DNA from: the human T2T-CHM13v2.0 reference genome, Homo sapiens
Reading direction: 5' to 3' (one strand)
Length of the DNA stretch: 64,000 nt
Assembly (NCBI RefSeq): GCF_009914755.1
Contig: NC_060925.1
The notes beneath the pieces are model-generated. The model saw nothing but the letters and a program-made list of their open reading frames with translations. It was not told the origin of the DNA and searched no databases. A program made the translations under genes and the position numbers. Positions within the stretch are counted from its first letter, which is position 1. Every line of letters begins with the position of its first letter. Shown here piece by piece: positions 1 to 14,624 of the stretch.

Positions 1-465
1 GAAGGAACAAATGCCACTGTTAGGAACGTGATTGAGTACTTCCTGCTGAGGAGTGTCAATGCTGCTCCTTCTGGAACATTGTTTTAGGAATTATAAAGAA
101 AAGACTCATCAACAGCCCATGTTAAATTTCCTTCCCCAAATAAATTCATATTTCAAACAGCGGCAGAAAGTTCAATCGGATGCTTATTTAATGAAATGAA
201 AAGCCAATGATCATGGCTGCTTGGAAAAGCTTCATGATTAATTGTGTTTAGGCAGTTATTAGCATTTTTCACTAATGAAAGGTTATGGATTCTGGTCATT
301 AACAACCCACAATAAAGATTGAAAGCATATTCTTAGCAGCAGTTCATTTCATGTAAGGAAAAATGCTATAAGACAGTTTACCTCTGCAATCTTCAGAATA
401 TGACTTTATTCATTCACCAAAGGTAACATCAGAACCTCAGGAGGTAGAAACCAACTTTTCTATGA

Positions 466-754
<289 letters not shown>

Positions 755-974
755 TGAATGATTAAATTTTAATACACAAATATTTATTGTGGTTCAACCT
801 ATCTTTCCTTTAGCACAGCAGTATATATGTAAGTATGGGTGTCATTCCAAATGCTTACATAAAAGTAAAATTGATATCCAGGGAGGCTGGCAAAATGCAG
901 CCGCATTTCAAAGGCAGCACATCAAGAGAGCACAAATGCACACAGAGTTATATGGGAGATGAGACGATCTGCTA

Positions 975-1165
975 TAGTGAAAGAACACTGCCCAGGAGGT
1001 AAGAGGCTGAGTCTGGCTTCTAACTGGGCTTCTATTTGGGCTTCTGATTAGTTCTGTGACCTTGGGTGAGCCACTTAATTTCTTAGGGCTTTAGTTTCTC
1101 TGTCTGTAAAATCTAAGGGTTAGATGAGGTTATCACTGAAGTCGTCACTCAAGTTTTGATTCTAT
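975..1165. mobile_element. MIR fragment
   Basis: MIR core-like TGTGACCTTGGG...AGTTTCTCTGTCTGTAAAAT. Confidence 0.7.
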
Positions 1166-3915
1166 TGAGCTATAAGCACTCTAAATCAGCTGAACTCAAA
1201 ACTCAACAAATAGCGTTTTTTGAAATTATACCCCAACATATGTAGAGTTGTTTATTTATAAATTATACCCATATGCTAGATTGCTCATGTGTCAAATGTA
1301 TTAAAAATACCCCCAAATGTTTAAAAGAATGAGATAAAGATGAAATAAACAATTATTTTAAAGATAATGTATTTACTATTTTTACCAACAATTATTTTAA
1401 TAAGAGTAAAAGGGTTGACTATGCTTCATTCTTTTTCAAACTCCTGATTTAAAATCTCGTGATACAGTGACCCAAATCTAATTCTAAGGCCACATTTATT
1501 CTGACACTTCGTTTCAGCAACTAACATAAGCAAAATCAACAAGGATATAAGACATAAGATGTATGCAAAATCAACAAAAATATGGAGATCCAGACAGAAA
1601 AAAAATGTATCACTGACCATATTTATTAGCAGGCATATGTTTCTTCAGTTTCATCCACTATCAGTACCAGTAACACAATGGTTTTGGCTGAAATTCAGCT
1701 AATAATTTTACCATAATGGGAACAATTACTTAATAGTCAAACAGGAGGTTCAAATATATCTATAATTGCATTTAACATAAAATGACTGAATAGTACAATT
1801 AAAAGACAAAGATTTTCAGACCGGATTTAATAATCAGCCTCATTGGTGATGCTTCCAAATGTCATACTTTAAATGTGAGGAAGGTTGAAAGTGAAAGGAT
1901 AAACAGATTGTACTATGTCCACACTAATCAAAAGAAAGCTTCTATGTTGTATAAATATCAGATCGAGTAGACTTTAGTGTCATAAATCTTACTAAAGATT
2001 GAGACATTTTATAATAAAATGGTTAATTCAACAGGAAGTTATAATAATCCTACATGTGTATACGTCAAGTATCATGGCCTCGAAATATATAAAATGAAAA
2101 TTATTAGCACCAAAAAAGAGGAACACCTAAGTTGTAGTTGTGGATTTTAATGACATCTTCCAATAACTGATAAAACAAGGAGACAAAACGTTAGTAAAGA
2201 TATAGATTGAATGGCATCATTATTAACAAATTTGACCTAATTGACATTTATGGAAGGTGTACCCTTTTGAAGCGTACAGGGAACATTTACCAAAATGGAA
2301 CATATTTTGGGTCATAATGTAAGTCTCAACTAATTTCAAGGCCTGAAATCGTATAGAACTTGCTTTCTGTCACTGGTAGGATTAAACAAGAAATCAATAA
2401 CAAAAAGAGACCTAGAAAATTCCCTAATGTTTGAATATTAATCAACGCATTGCTAAATAGCCCATGTGTCAAAAAAGAAATAAAAATGTAAATTCTAAAA
2501 TATTTTCAATCAAGTGTTAAAAACAAAATATGTAAAAACATATGGGCTGAAGATTGAGTCAATTTTAGAGGAAAATGTATTGTCTTAAATGCATGTATTA
2601 TAAAAGAAGAAAGGCTGAACATCAATATTCTGAGCATCCCTGTTAAGATCTAGAAAAATCATAACAAATCAAACCTAAAGAAAGTAGAAGGCCTGAAAAA
2701 ATGAAGAGGTGAAATCAATGAAATTGAGAAGTGAACAATAAAAATAATCAACTAAGAGTTGGTTCTTTGAATAAACTAAAAAAAACTGATAAACCCCTAA
2801 CAATATAGTTCAAGAAAAAAAAAAGAGGAGGATACAAATTACCAATAAGAAAAGAGGAGATATCACCAAGGATCCTATAGCAAACAATGATTAAGAAGGG
2901 TTCTGAACAACTTTATGCCAAAATTTTAAGATTTTAGATTAAATGGAAAAGTTTATTGAAAAAGTTTAACAGAATCAATCATTAAAAAGCTGCCCCCCTT
3001 TTAAAAAGTGAGGTTAAACAAATGGCTTAAAGAATAAAATTTTCAATTATTTAAGGAAGAAATAACATGACTCTCTAAAACAATTTCTCTAGAGAATTAA
3101 GAAGAGAGAACAATTCCCAACTTGTTTTATGAGACCAATTTGTTTTGTTCTGACAAGGGCATTACATGAACAGAAAATTACAGGCCAATCTTTCTCATTA
3201 ATTTGGATGCCAAATTCTTGAACAAAATATTAGCAAATATAATCCAATGATGTATTAAAATGATAATATACAAACTTGAGTTTATCCCAGAACACAGCAG
3301 GAATCTAGCATTTCAAAATCAACCATCGCATTAGAAGAATAAAGGTGAAATAATGTACAATCATGTCAACAAATGCAGAGTATTTGACAAAATTAAACAT
3401 CTATTCAAGATTAAAAGTCTTAGAAACCTAGAGATAGAAGGAAATTTTTTTAACCTGATAGAGTCTCCAATAAAAACCTATAGCAAACATCATACTAAAT
3501 GATGAAATACTGAGCACTTCTCTTCTGAGACTGAGAACAAGAGAAAGATATTTGCTGTCATTACTTCCAATGCACAGCATGCTAATGTCTAGCCTGTGGA
3601 AGAAAGAATAAGAAATGAAGAGCATAAGGATTGAACAAAATAAAAACTATTATTATCTGCAGATGACCTGTTTGTGTATATACAAAATCCAAAATCATCT
3701 ACGGATAAGTCAGAAGTAAATTTAGCAAAGTCTGCAGATAAAAGCTCAATATACAAAACTTAACTGTAGTTTAATAAAGCCACATTAATTTAGAAAATAA
3801 GCTTGGGAAAAAATACCACACTAGCTATAAAATTAAAATAGATAAACTGTACTTCATCAAAATTAAATTGTTCTGCTAATAAAAAGACATTAAGAAAATT
3901 AATTTCTCACTGTGA

Positions 3916-4261
<346 letters not shown>

Positions 4262-4723
4262 AAGAATATATTTTTTAAAACTACAAGTCAACAACAAAAT
4301 GATAAACTACCCCATAAAGAATGGGCAAAAGACTTAAACATGTACTTCAGAAAAAAAGACATCAAAATGGGCAAAAGCACATGAAAAGACACTCAACATC
4401 ATTCATTATTAGAAAAATGCAAATTAAAACCAAAATGAGGTACCACTTTATACCGAGTAGAATGGCTAAAATTAAAAGACTGACATGACCAAGAGTTGAT
4501 GAGAATGTGGAATTTCATACCTTCATTGCTGGTGGGAATATAAATAAAATGGTTCAACCACTTTAGAAAACCATTTGGAAGTTTCTTACAAAGTTAAGCA
4601 TATGATGACTATATCACTCAGCAATTCTACTTTTAAATATTTACCCAAGAGAAATAAAAACATATGTATATCTGCACACACACACATACACGCACACACA
4701 CACGATGTGTACAAGAATGGTTA

Positions 4724-4992
4724 TTTTATTTTTTATTTTTTATTTTTGGAGATGGAGTCTTGCTCTGTTGCCCAGGCTGGAGTGCAGTAGTGCGATCTCT
4801 GCTCACTATAACCTCCGCCTCCCGGGTTCAAGCAATTCTCCTGCCTCAGCCTCCTGAGTGGCTGGGACCACAGGCACATGCCGCCATGCCTGCCTAATTT
4901 TTTTGTATTTTAGTACAGACATGGTTTCACCATGTTGCCCAGGCTGGTCTCAAACTCCTGAGCTCAGGCAATTCGCCTGCCTTGGCCTCCCA
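4724..4992 (-). mobile_element. AluS, 5'-truncated
   Basis: Alu consensus stopping at GGCCTCCCAA; TSD AAGAATGGTTA at 4713-4723 and 4993-5003. Confidence 0.93.
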
Positions 4993-5772
4993 AAGAATGG
5001 TTACTAAAGCTTTACTCATAATAGCCCAAAACTTCAAAAATCCATATTTACATTAATAGGGGAATGAATAAATTATATGTAACCATACAGTAGAATACTT
5101 CTTAGCAATAAAAAGGGAGTTACTGCCATACACAAGGACATGGATAAATCTCAAAAACATTATGTTGAGGGAAAGAAACAAGACACAGAAGAGTAGATAC
5201 TGTATGAGTGCATTTATTTGAAGTCCAAGAAGAAGGAAAATTAATATAGGGTGATAGAAATCAGAGCTTCTAGGTGGAGGATGGAGGGGTTGCCTGGGAA
5301 TCAGCATGAGGCAGTGGCTGTTCTGTCTCTTGAATTGGGCAGTGGGTACATAGGTAGATACACTTGTCAAAACTTATCAAACTGTATATGCTCTGTGCAT
5401 TTTATATTTAAATTATACCTCAATAAAAATACAATAAAAAACCACTTATACTAACATCAAAAACCACTGAATGCTTACAAATTAATGATTAAAGAACAAG
5501 AGAAGAAAGGACTTGAATAGGAATAGATCTAATGAAAATATTCAAGGCTTCTACATAGAAAACTACTGCTGAGAAAAAGTAAAGAAAACCAAATACATGG
5601 AAGGATAAACTATGTTTATAACACGATGGAGAGACAGGACTATAAAGTAGTAGGAAAGAAGGAACTAGTCTATAAATAATAATGAACAATGTGAAAAAGG
5701 CATACACTGGAGTCACTTTCAGGCAGCCAATGAAACTAGGGACTTCATCAAAATACTTGAGAAAATATTTTT

Positions 5773-6078
5773 ATTTGTTTTATTTATTTATTAATTTATT
5801 TTTAGAGACAGACTCTCGCTCTGTTGCCCAGGCTGGAGTATAGTGGCAGGATCACCACAGCCTTGACTCCCAGGCTCAAGCAATCCTCCCACCTCATCTT
5901 CCCAAGTAGCTGGGACCACAGGCATGCACCACCACACCCAGCTAATTTGTGTTTATTTTTGTAAAGACGAAGTCTGGCTGTGTTGCCCAGGCTGGTCTCA
6001 AACTCCTGGGCTCAAGCAATGCTCCTGCTGTAGCCTCTTAAAATGTTGGAATTACAGGTGTGAGCCACCGCAGTCGGC
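5773..6078 (-). mobile_element. AluJ
   Basis: Diverged Alu; TSD TGAGAAAATATTTT. Confidence 0.92.
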
Positions 6079-6299
6079 TGAGAAAATATTTTTACAAATA
6101 CTTTTAAATTGATCACTAACCTGATAGGACAATAAGGACATCAATGTGAAGACAAGCATACCAAGAAATAGTCTAGTGCCAAGGCTAGCCTTTGCCCTAA
6201 TGGCTTTTGTGAACCTTCGGATTTCTGCTTTAAAGATTGCATTATGTGCCGAGGACAGCAGATAAAGTTCAGGGCCTGCCCAGAGTTGGAATTTCAAAT

Positions 6300-7378
6300 C
6301 CAAAAATCACAAAACACAAAAAGACATAAGATACCCTGGTTGAAAACCAGCAGAAACAATAAACAGCAAACTAAATAAGTAGACTTAATTTGAATTATCA
6401 GATACAAAATATAAAAAAACCACACTTAATATATTTAAGAAATCAAAGGGAAACTTGAAAAATAAAAGAGGGGAGAGCAGTCAGATTTGATAAGAACTAA
6501 ATAAAACTTCCAGAAATAAAAACAATAATAATAATTAAAAAGTTAAAACTCAGCAGGTGAGACTTCACTGAAGAGGGGATTATTGAATGGAATAATGAAT
6601 AAAAAGAAAGTATCCAGATCAGTCTACAGAGGAAAAGAAATGGAAAATATAGAGGTAAAAATGAATGAATAACAGTGCAATAATAGATTAAGTATTGGAA
6701 TAATAGAGTATTCCATATTCCAGAACAAGAAGGAAAACAGCAAATAATGCATATGGGGAAACAATGACACACGGCCTCTACATCACACATACACAAAAAT
6801 TAAATAAAAGATGAGGCATTAACCTAAAGACAGGAGCTAAAACTATAACCCTTCCAGAAGTAAACATGGGAGATTATATTCATGATCTTGCAGAAGGCAA
6901 AGATTTCCTAGCACGGAGGCAAAAAGTGTTAATCTTGTAAGAAAAGAAAACTGATAACATGGATTTTGTCAAAATTCAAACTCGCTGCTTATAAAGAAAT
7001 ATTATCAAGGAAATGAAAAGGCAAGCTACAGACTTGGAGAAAATATTAATAATACATATATCTGACAAATGACTAGTATTTAGAATACTGAGTAATAAAA
7101 GGTACTTACAAATTAATAACAAAAGAATAAGCAAAGAAAGGTCTTGAACAGACACTTAAAAAGATAAATGAATGGCCAGTAAGCACCTGAGAAGGCACGC
7201 AACATCATTAATCATTAGGGACATGAAAATTAAAACCACTGATAGACATCGCTTTATACCACTAGTATGTCTAAAATTGACAAAACAGCACTACATGTTG
7301 GTGAGGATGTGAAGCAACTAGAACTCTCATGCCTTGCTGGTGGGAATGTAAAATGACACAACTATCTTGGAAAACTGA
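6300..7378 (+). mobile_element. Old L1 fragments
   Basis: L1 ORF2 3'-region motifs (GGCAAAGATTT, AACATCATTAATCATTAGGG, GCTGGTGGGAATGTAAAATG). Confidence 0.75.
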
Positions 7379-7688
7379 TGCCCCAATGTGTTATGAGCTG
7401 TGCTTTCAGCCTTCTACCCTTTGGTTTTATGGGTCAAACGTTCCCCCTTTTCTTAAGCTAGTTTCTCTTGCTAGCAGCCAACGAGTGTGGCTAAAACTAA
7501 TAGACAAAACAGATAGACCACATCACTGGCTGGTCTGTGGCATTGTTCTGCTGAGCAATGTGGAGCTAGGGCCACTTAACCATGGGACCTAAGGCAAGGG
7601 CTTGAGTCGTCCTGCTCAAATACACGTCCACAAAGCCAGCAACTCTGAACTACACTCTAGATGCCTTGTGCTGCTCCTTCTCTGGGTG

Positions 7689-8521
7689 TACCTTCAAGTT
7701 TCTATCTACACACAGATCACCCCAATCTACCAGTGTGACTTCCAGGGATGGGTTCTTTCCTGAGCCCTGCATTCCTCAAGTTTTCAAGCATCAATGACAC
7801 CAGTTAGGTTGGATTTCTATCTGACTCCACATCATTTCTGTGGGTTCTTCATCTTGTGGATCTTAGCTTACTCTTTCCCCGGCTGTGCGCCTCTGTTTTC
7901 TCCCTACAACGCCCTTCTGCAGATAATCTGGGTCAATCAACATGAATGGGTGAAGCAGAAGTGAGAAGGAAATGAGAAAAAGCATAAAATAATAAATGGC
8001 AATGTAAAATATTAATTTGGAAGCCAACTTTGGAGACTGCATAATGTACATGCCATCTACATGACCATAAATTAAATATTTGCAACAATGTGTAATTTTC
8101 GTGATTATGGAGGGTGTGGCCTTCAAGAAAATACTAGTGGCAACAGATACAGTCCTATATTCCTGTAAGATGTTACGTAGGATATTTGCATGTTCTAAGG
8201 ATTAAAGTAACCGGATCTTAATAGACTAGTGGGCACATATAAGAACATTCTGAATTGGGGTTTACATTTTTAAAATGTTAGACAAATATCACAATAAGTC
8301 AAATGGAAAACCCATGGGGCATTAAATTACCTGCAAATTTTAATATACAGACAACCTCAATCCACCAGTGTGGCTCCTGGGGATGGGCTCCTTCCTGAGT
8401 CCTGTATTCCTCAGGCTTTCAAGCACTGGGGACACCAGTTAGGGGGATTTCTGACTCCACATCATTTCTACTGGAGGCATTCATTTTTTTTTTTTTTTAT
8501 CTTGTGGATCTTAGCTTACTC
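7689..8521 (+). repeat. Diverged local direct duplication of ~185-195 bp (7689-7873 and 8328-8521)
   Basis: Shared blocks CCAGTGTG..GGGATGGG..TTCCTGAG, GACACCAGTTAGG, TCTGACTCCACATCATTTCT, ATCTTGTGGATCTTAGCTTACTC. Confidence 0.9.
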
Positions 8522-8580
8522 GAATGCAGCCAAAATAACCATTTCCTATTCAGCTTTATCATATTTCCCATCTGACCTTT

Positions 8581-8858
8581 TTAAATTTTTTAAAATTGAT
8601 TTTGTTATTATTTATTTATTTTTAATTTCAGTGGTTTTTTGGAGGAACAGGTGGTGTTTAGTTACATGAATAAGTTCTTTCGTAGTGATTTCTGAGATTT
8701 TGGTGCACCCATCTCCTAAGCAGTGTACACTGTACTCAGTGTGTAGTCTTTTATCCCTCACCCTCCTCCTGCCCTCTCCCCCAAGTCCACAAAATGCATT
8801 GTATCATTCTTATGCCTTTGCATCCTCGTAGCTTGGTTCCCACTTATGAGTGAGAACA
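8581..8858 (-). mobile_element. L1PB-like 3' end fragment
   Basis: GTTACATGAATAAGTTCTTT...GAGATTTTGGTGCACCCATC; TSD CATCTGACCTTT at 8569-8580 and 8863-8874. Confidence 0.88.
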
Positions 8859-8912
8859 TTCTCATCTGACCTTTCTTAATATGTAGAACTTTTAACAAAG
8901 AATACTGCATAC

Positions 8913-9037
8913 CTGTGTCATAACACACGATAAGTCTTCCACTGTGATCGCCCACACTCTGTGGCTCAAACTCCACTTCCAGTTGCATGGACTCTCCCAC
9001 ATTAAGAGTTCCAATAGCTGGTTCTATAGAGAAAGGC
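8913..9037 (-). CDS. HYDIN2: HYDIN-type coding exon (exon 7 equivalent, 125 nt): (R)PFSIEPAIGTLNVGESMQLEVEFEPQSVGDHSGRLIVCYDT(G)
   Basis: Acceptor CTCTCTGTGTGTTGCAG|GCC and donor ACAG|GTATGC; ORF 8758..9063; in frame with the 200-nt exon (AG|G = Arg). Confidence 0.93.
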
Positions 9038-10502
9038 CTGCAACACACAGAGAGGCACATCATCAGAGCATATTTCTGACTAGTGTGAGATGGGGAGGAA
9101 AGGAGACAGGAGTTCTAGTTCTGCAGACAGCTCAGACCCAGCACTGCAATTTCATGATCTAGAAGTGAAGTAGACTTTTGCTACGTAATGTGAAAGAACT
9201 TTAGTTTTAACGTTAAAATGACAGCATTAGATTAGCAATCGTAAGGGCAACTTAAACAATGCAACAATATTCTTGTTTGTGTCCTTGCCATTCAGCCCTG
9301 CTTTTAACATTCATTGAGTATCCCCGCTGGGCTCAGGCACTCAAGTTAGGGTGACTGCAAATGAATAAAATCCAGCCTTTGTCCTCAAACACTGAGATTG
9401 CTGTAAGGAACAGACTTAAAATATGTATGCAAATATTGTCATTTTCAAAAGAACAGTGCCTTCAAAGGGATAAAAATCGAGTTTTGCGAGAGTTCACAGG
9501 AGAGAGGGCATCATAGTGGAAAAATATATCTGAGCCCCAAAAGGAAAGGGATAGCACCCTCACTTGCCTTAGGATAATTCAGGACAGATGAACAGAGGGT
9601 CTATATTAAAAGGGTGGGAGGGGTGTAGAGGAACTACAGGAGATGATGCAATAGCCCAGGTGGTAACAGTAGCGCTGCCACAAAAGAGCCATGGAGAGAA
9701 GGCATGGTTTTTAAAACCGCAAGGAGAGGCCTAAGAGAAGGCTGCCTTATGGGGAGCAAGGAGACGTAGCCAAGGGAGACAGCAGCCCAGGTGGTCTCCC
9801 GGGGAAGACAATGGGGAAAAAATATCCTGACCTCACATCCCCTCCCATCTCATTGTCTACCAGACCCTCACTGGGTGAACACAACCAGAGCCAGAAATGC
9901 GAGTCGAGGGCTGTTGACCCAGGCTGTAGAAGCCAGCCTCCGGGGCTAGAGCAAACTGAAGAAGGGTGGAGAGTGCATTTGAAAAGGCAAACTGAGGACA
10001 AATTCTGTGTCTTGAAAATATAATTTGGGATGCAGACATTGTGGGGAGTGAGGGTTGATTTGGAAACAGGAAATAGTTTAATTGTTTTGGAAGAGAATAG
10101 TAAGAGGGAAGCTGGATCTGATGGTGAAATACCTTAAATAACTTAGAGAGTTCTTCCTAAATAGGAAACCCAGCCCATTTAATTATTTTCATGGTCCATT
10201 TCACTTCTTTAAATTGCTAGTTTTTCAAAGTAATGTGTTGTGTAATGCATCTGGCAGACCGAGCTGTTTCTGATTATTTACTTCGATCACAACAGTTCTT
10301 AGAGCTGTCATTCCTTAAATCTTCCCTTAGATGATGAACTCAGTTTCAGAAAATCTAAGCTTTCTGCTATAAGGATACAGAGTTTATGTCAGGGGTAGCA
10401 CTGGGTGGCATCTGAGAGTATTACTACAGGACCTCAGGTGCTCCCTACTGTGAGCAATTGGTTATTTTCTCTGGTACTTTCTACTTGATCTCCTCTCTTT
10501 TC

Positions 10503-10898
10503 TTTTTTTAAGTTTAAAAAAAAATTTACTTTTTGTGGGTACACAGTAGGTATATATATTTATGGGGTACGTGAGATGTTTTGATACAGGCATGCACTGT
10601 GAAGTAATCCCATCATGGAGAATGCATATCCATCCCCTCAAGCATTTGTCCTTTGTGTTACAAACAATCCAATTACACTCTTTTAGCTATTTTAAAATGT
10701 ACAATTAAGTTATTGACTATAGTAACCTTGTTGTGCTATCAAATAGTCTTATTCATTTTTTCTAACTATTTTTTAATACCCATTAACCTTCCCCAACTCC
10801 CCACCCAACCCCCACTACCCTTCCCACCTCCAGTAACCATTCTACTCTCTATGTCCGTGAGTTCAATTGTTTTGATTTTTAGATCCCATGAATAAGTG
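10503..10898 (-). mobile_element. L1MA-like 3' end fragment
   Basis: GTGTTACAAACAATCCAATTACACTCTTTTAG; TSD GATCTCCTCTC at 10487-10497 and 10899-10909. Confidence 0.88.
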
Positions 10899-11012
10899 GA
10901 TCTCCTCTCCTTTCACTTCCTGATTTTCCTGCTTCCTTTCCTTTTTCCTGTCCCCATACCTGTAGCACTGATTCACCAGTGAACCCCAGGCATTGCTGCA
11001 GAGGCACTCTGG

Positions 11013-11240
11013 GGCAGTGGTTACTAGCCTGACCTCTGGAGCCAACCGAATGAGTTCAAAACCCAGCTCTGCCACAACCTTGGGCAAGTCACCTAACCTT
11101 CAGTTTCCTTATCTGTAAAAGGAGGGTAATGATAGCACCTACTTCATATGGTTATAGTGAGGATTAAAGGGGTTGATATAGGTCAAGTGCTTAGAATAAT
11201 GCCTGGCACAAAGGAAATGCTGTACAAGTGTTTATTATTC
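11013..11240 (+). mobile_element. MIR
   Basis: CCCAGCTCTGCCAC..CCTTGGGCAAGTCACCTAACC..CAGTTTCCTTATCTGTAAAA. Confidence 0.85.
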
Positions 11241-14200
11241 TTTTTGTTATGGCTATTTTTATCTCCCTCACTGGCAGCCTCTAGATGCTGTGTGATGAAT
11301 CTGTGGATGTGTTTGGGTGTTTCGATGAGTTCAAGCTTTTATCATTCCCCCCTCACTCCTTCACACTGCTCTAGAGAGAGTGTAAAAAACACACACAGGT
11401 CATAACACATCAATCTCTTGTTCAAACACCTTCAGCGGTCCTCATCACCTGTGCAATCAAGTTCAAACTCCTAGGCATTTCAGGTCCCACACAATCTGCT
11501 CCCAGTAGGTTTTTGCATTTTCATTACACACATACATCTGTCCAAATATCCTATACACCTGTCATGTTCCAAGGCAGTGCTGGGGTGGGATGGGAGGCAG
11601 GCTTTAGTCTCTTCACCCACAACCTCCCCCAGCACTGCACCTGCTTTCTCTTCCCACCAGAATGTGGCCCCCACATAGACAATCGGAACTGCTAGGATCA
11701 CATCAGGTGACTTGCCATTTCCCACATGCCATACTCCTTCTGAAGCCACCTCTCACAGCCCAGACTCAAAGTCACCTCTTAAATAGAATCTTTCCTGATT
11801 CTCCCTTTTGTGAATAGTATCTCTTTCCTCTCAGAGACTATAACTTCCCTTTTAGTTTATACAGTGGTTTACTTTGTACTTGAGTTGGTTTTCATGCCTG
11901 CCTCTCTCAATAGCTAGAAACTCTTGAGAAGAGAGGGAAGGGAAAACACAATCACGAGTCATCTTTGTGTCACTCATCACCCCATACATGGTTCTTTACT
12001 CAGGAGCCTCTCAGAAGAGGTTCTTAATTGAATTACAATAAACTCTTAAAGGTAAATAAAAATATTTGTAATCAACTATCAGTGTTTATGACATCGTGGT
12101 GGAATGAGAAGGAGCAAACCTTCAGTAGAATCTGTGCCTTGTGGGAAGTGACGGTGAGTCTCCCAGTCTCAAAGTTTCTTCCTTCCTTACGGCCTCAGTG
12201 AGAATCGGAAGAAGTGAGAACTGGGCCCAGTTTCCCGGCTTTAGGAACAACACCACCATATTTACTTCTATCCTTTGCCTCCCTACTTCCTAATATTTTT
12301 CTTCCTGCATTGTACTTTCATTTTATTTTCAAATATTTCTTGGTAGCAAAAGAATAGTTTTAAAATGAATTGGATATTATTATATTGCAGTACCTAAACT
12401 ATTAATAATTTTTACAGAAAAAGTGATACTAGTATCCCATCTGTAAGACCTCCAGGAATCCAAGTTCCACGGAGTGGTAAGGGTTACTTTGCCTTTGTGC
12501 TAATCGTTGGGTTTAGGTTACACAAACTTCTTCAGTAGTTATAATCACCTGGGATTGCCATTGCTACTTACAGCTGCCTAACAGATGTTAATTGGGTAGA
12601 GTGTGTTAAGTTCTGGTGGTTACACATTGTCTATAATTTGATTTTGTACTTCATTTTACTAAAATGCAGACAGGCTGAACGGGCTAGAAAATATCAAGTA
12701 TCAGAAAATGCTCTTACAAAGAAGTAAAAGGTGTTGTTCTTCAAGGGTATAAGGATGGTTCAGTCTATCAAAATATTTGGTTTTGATATCATATCTTGAT
12801 TAATATCAAACAATTATGGAGGGAGTTTGGTTTTGTGAAAAATCATGAGCCATGAGAAAGATTTGAGTTTTTGTTCCATCAATTATGAGCTCTTCTTAAG
12901 AACTAAAACCATCCAAATGATTCAATATTTTAGCAGAAGACTAAATATGGATCCTACAATATTAAATATTGAATATAATATTAGTATTTATTCTTCAGAT
13001 GATCTTTCTTGTTTAATTCCTTACTTGAGTTTTTAGATTTTGAAATTGCTTCTTAATCCTCTCTATTTCACCTTCCAATGTTAATCCTACTTTAATCATC
13101 AAAGTTATTCTGATACCTACTAGAGTTTTAGGTCAAATTTAACAATAATTGCTTATGTTCTCTGTACATTTTATAGCCCATTGCAGCCTCTTTTGTTAGT
13201 GTAAAATTATTATGCTTATTTTATAGCAGTTGGAGAATGTGTTTTATTTTATTTTATTGTAGAGGTTTATAGTTGTAGTTTTGCCTTTGTGATATATTGT
13301 TGGTTAGGCATCTTATAAACATTTATTGGGTGTTTATTTATTCTAGACAGATGCTGGGGACATACAAATGAAAAGAGTTAGATACAATCCTTCCATCTGA
13401 GAAGCTCACATTCGAATAAGGGTAACAGACATGCAAAGAAAGTTTTAGTTTTTGTGATTTATAAGAACCTAAGCATTTTATAAACTTAACCACTAATAAA
13501 ATCATTATTTCAACGAGAAAAGGATGATCTGTTTTTTTAAACAATTTCCTGTGGGACATTATTTCTAGCTGTATATTGACACTAAAAGTGGGAGGACCAT
13601 GGGCTTTTGACTCCAAATTCTCAAACTATATCCGCTGCTCTACCATGTCTATTAACAACCATATTAACTGAAGAACACTGTCTAGGAACAGAAACATCTG
13701 TGTGGTTTTTAGAACGGATCCTTGTCAGGGGATCTCCTTAGAGATTCTAACTCAATATGATGTGACCACAAATTCAACCACATTCTTTCTCATTGAAGCC
13801 ATCAGCGTTCTCAGTTGCAAACAACAGAAGCCAGCTGTGGCTAATTTAAACAGAAAAGGGACTGACTGGAAGGACTTGAGGCAATTCACAGAATCAATGA
13901 TAGTTGAAAAACATGCATTTTGTGGAGAAAACATAAAGCCATTATTTCATGAAGAGTCTAAACAGGAAAACAAAAATATTTGCAAACAGGGAATTTGAGA
14001 GACTTGGTTACACAGAAGATGGGAGAGGTGAGAACTCCAACTGAAGAAGGTGAGACAGCTCCGAGATTCATAACAGCGGTAAGCTTTTTCCACCCCTGGA
14101 CTGGAAGCAAAAGGAGAGGAGGAAGTGTTATCAGATCCTGGGGACCAGGGTCACCTGGCAGAAGTTAGAACCGTGGCAGGCCAGCCTGACAGTGGCTAGA

Positions 14201-14560
14201 ACCATGGAGGAGGTGCAGTGGTGGCTGGGGACTCTGCTGAAGACAAAGAGGGAAGAGGCTTCTTCCTTCTTCCTACTCTCCAGTCTCCTGCTAGTGTCCC
14301 TGACTGGTCAAACCTAGCTGGAATCTGGCTGAGCCAGGAGGCTAGGAAGGCTCAGGAAGCCCCACAGGGACACTGAGCAGCAGCGCAGGGGAATGGTGAG
14401 ACATGTACCTGAGGGCAAACAAGCCCAGAGCTAGCCCATGTTTGCACGAATCCAGGTTTTGATGTTAACTTCCTGGGGGAGTTTGGGTAAGTCATTTAAC
14501 TCCTCAGGCTTTACTCCCTTCACAGTAAAATGGCAATGCTGGGCCAGCATGTCTACTGTT

Positions 14561-14624
14561 GACAAATCCTGACCAGTCCCTGAGTTGCCTCCGACAAATC
14601 CTGGCCAGTCCCTGAGTTGCCTCC
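14561..14624. repeat. 32-bp tandem duplication (2 copies, 1 mismatch)
   Basis: GACAAATCCTGACCAGTCCCTGAGTTGCCTCC / GACAAATCCTGGCCAGTCCCTGAGTTGCCTCC. Confidence 0.95.

Noticed and set aside
1700-3830. Possible functional L1 ORF2
   Set aside because: Heavily decayed, with many stops and frameshifts; no long plus-strand ORF.
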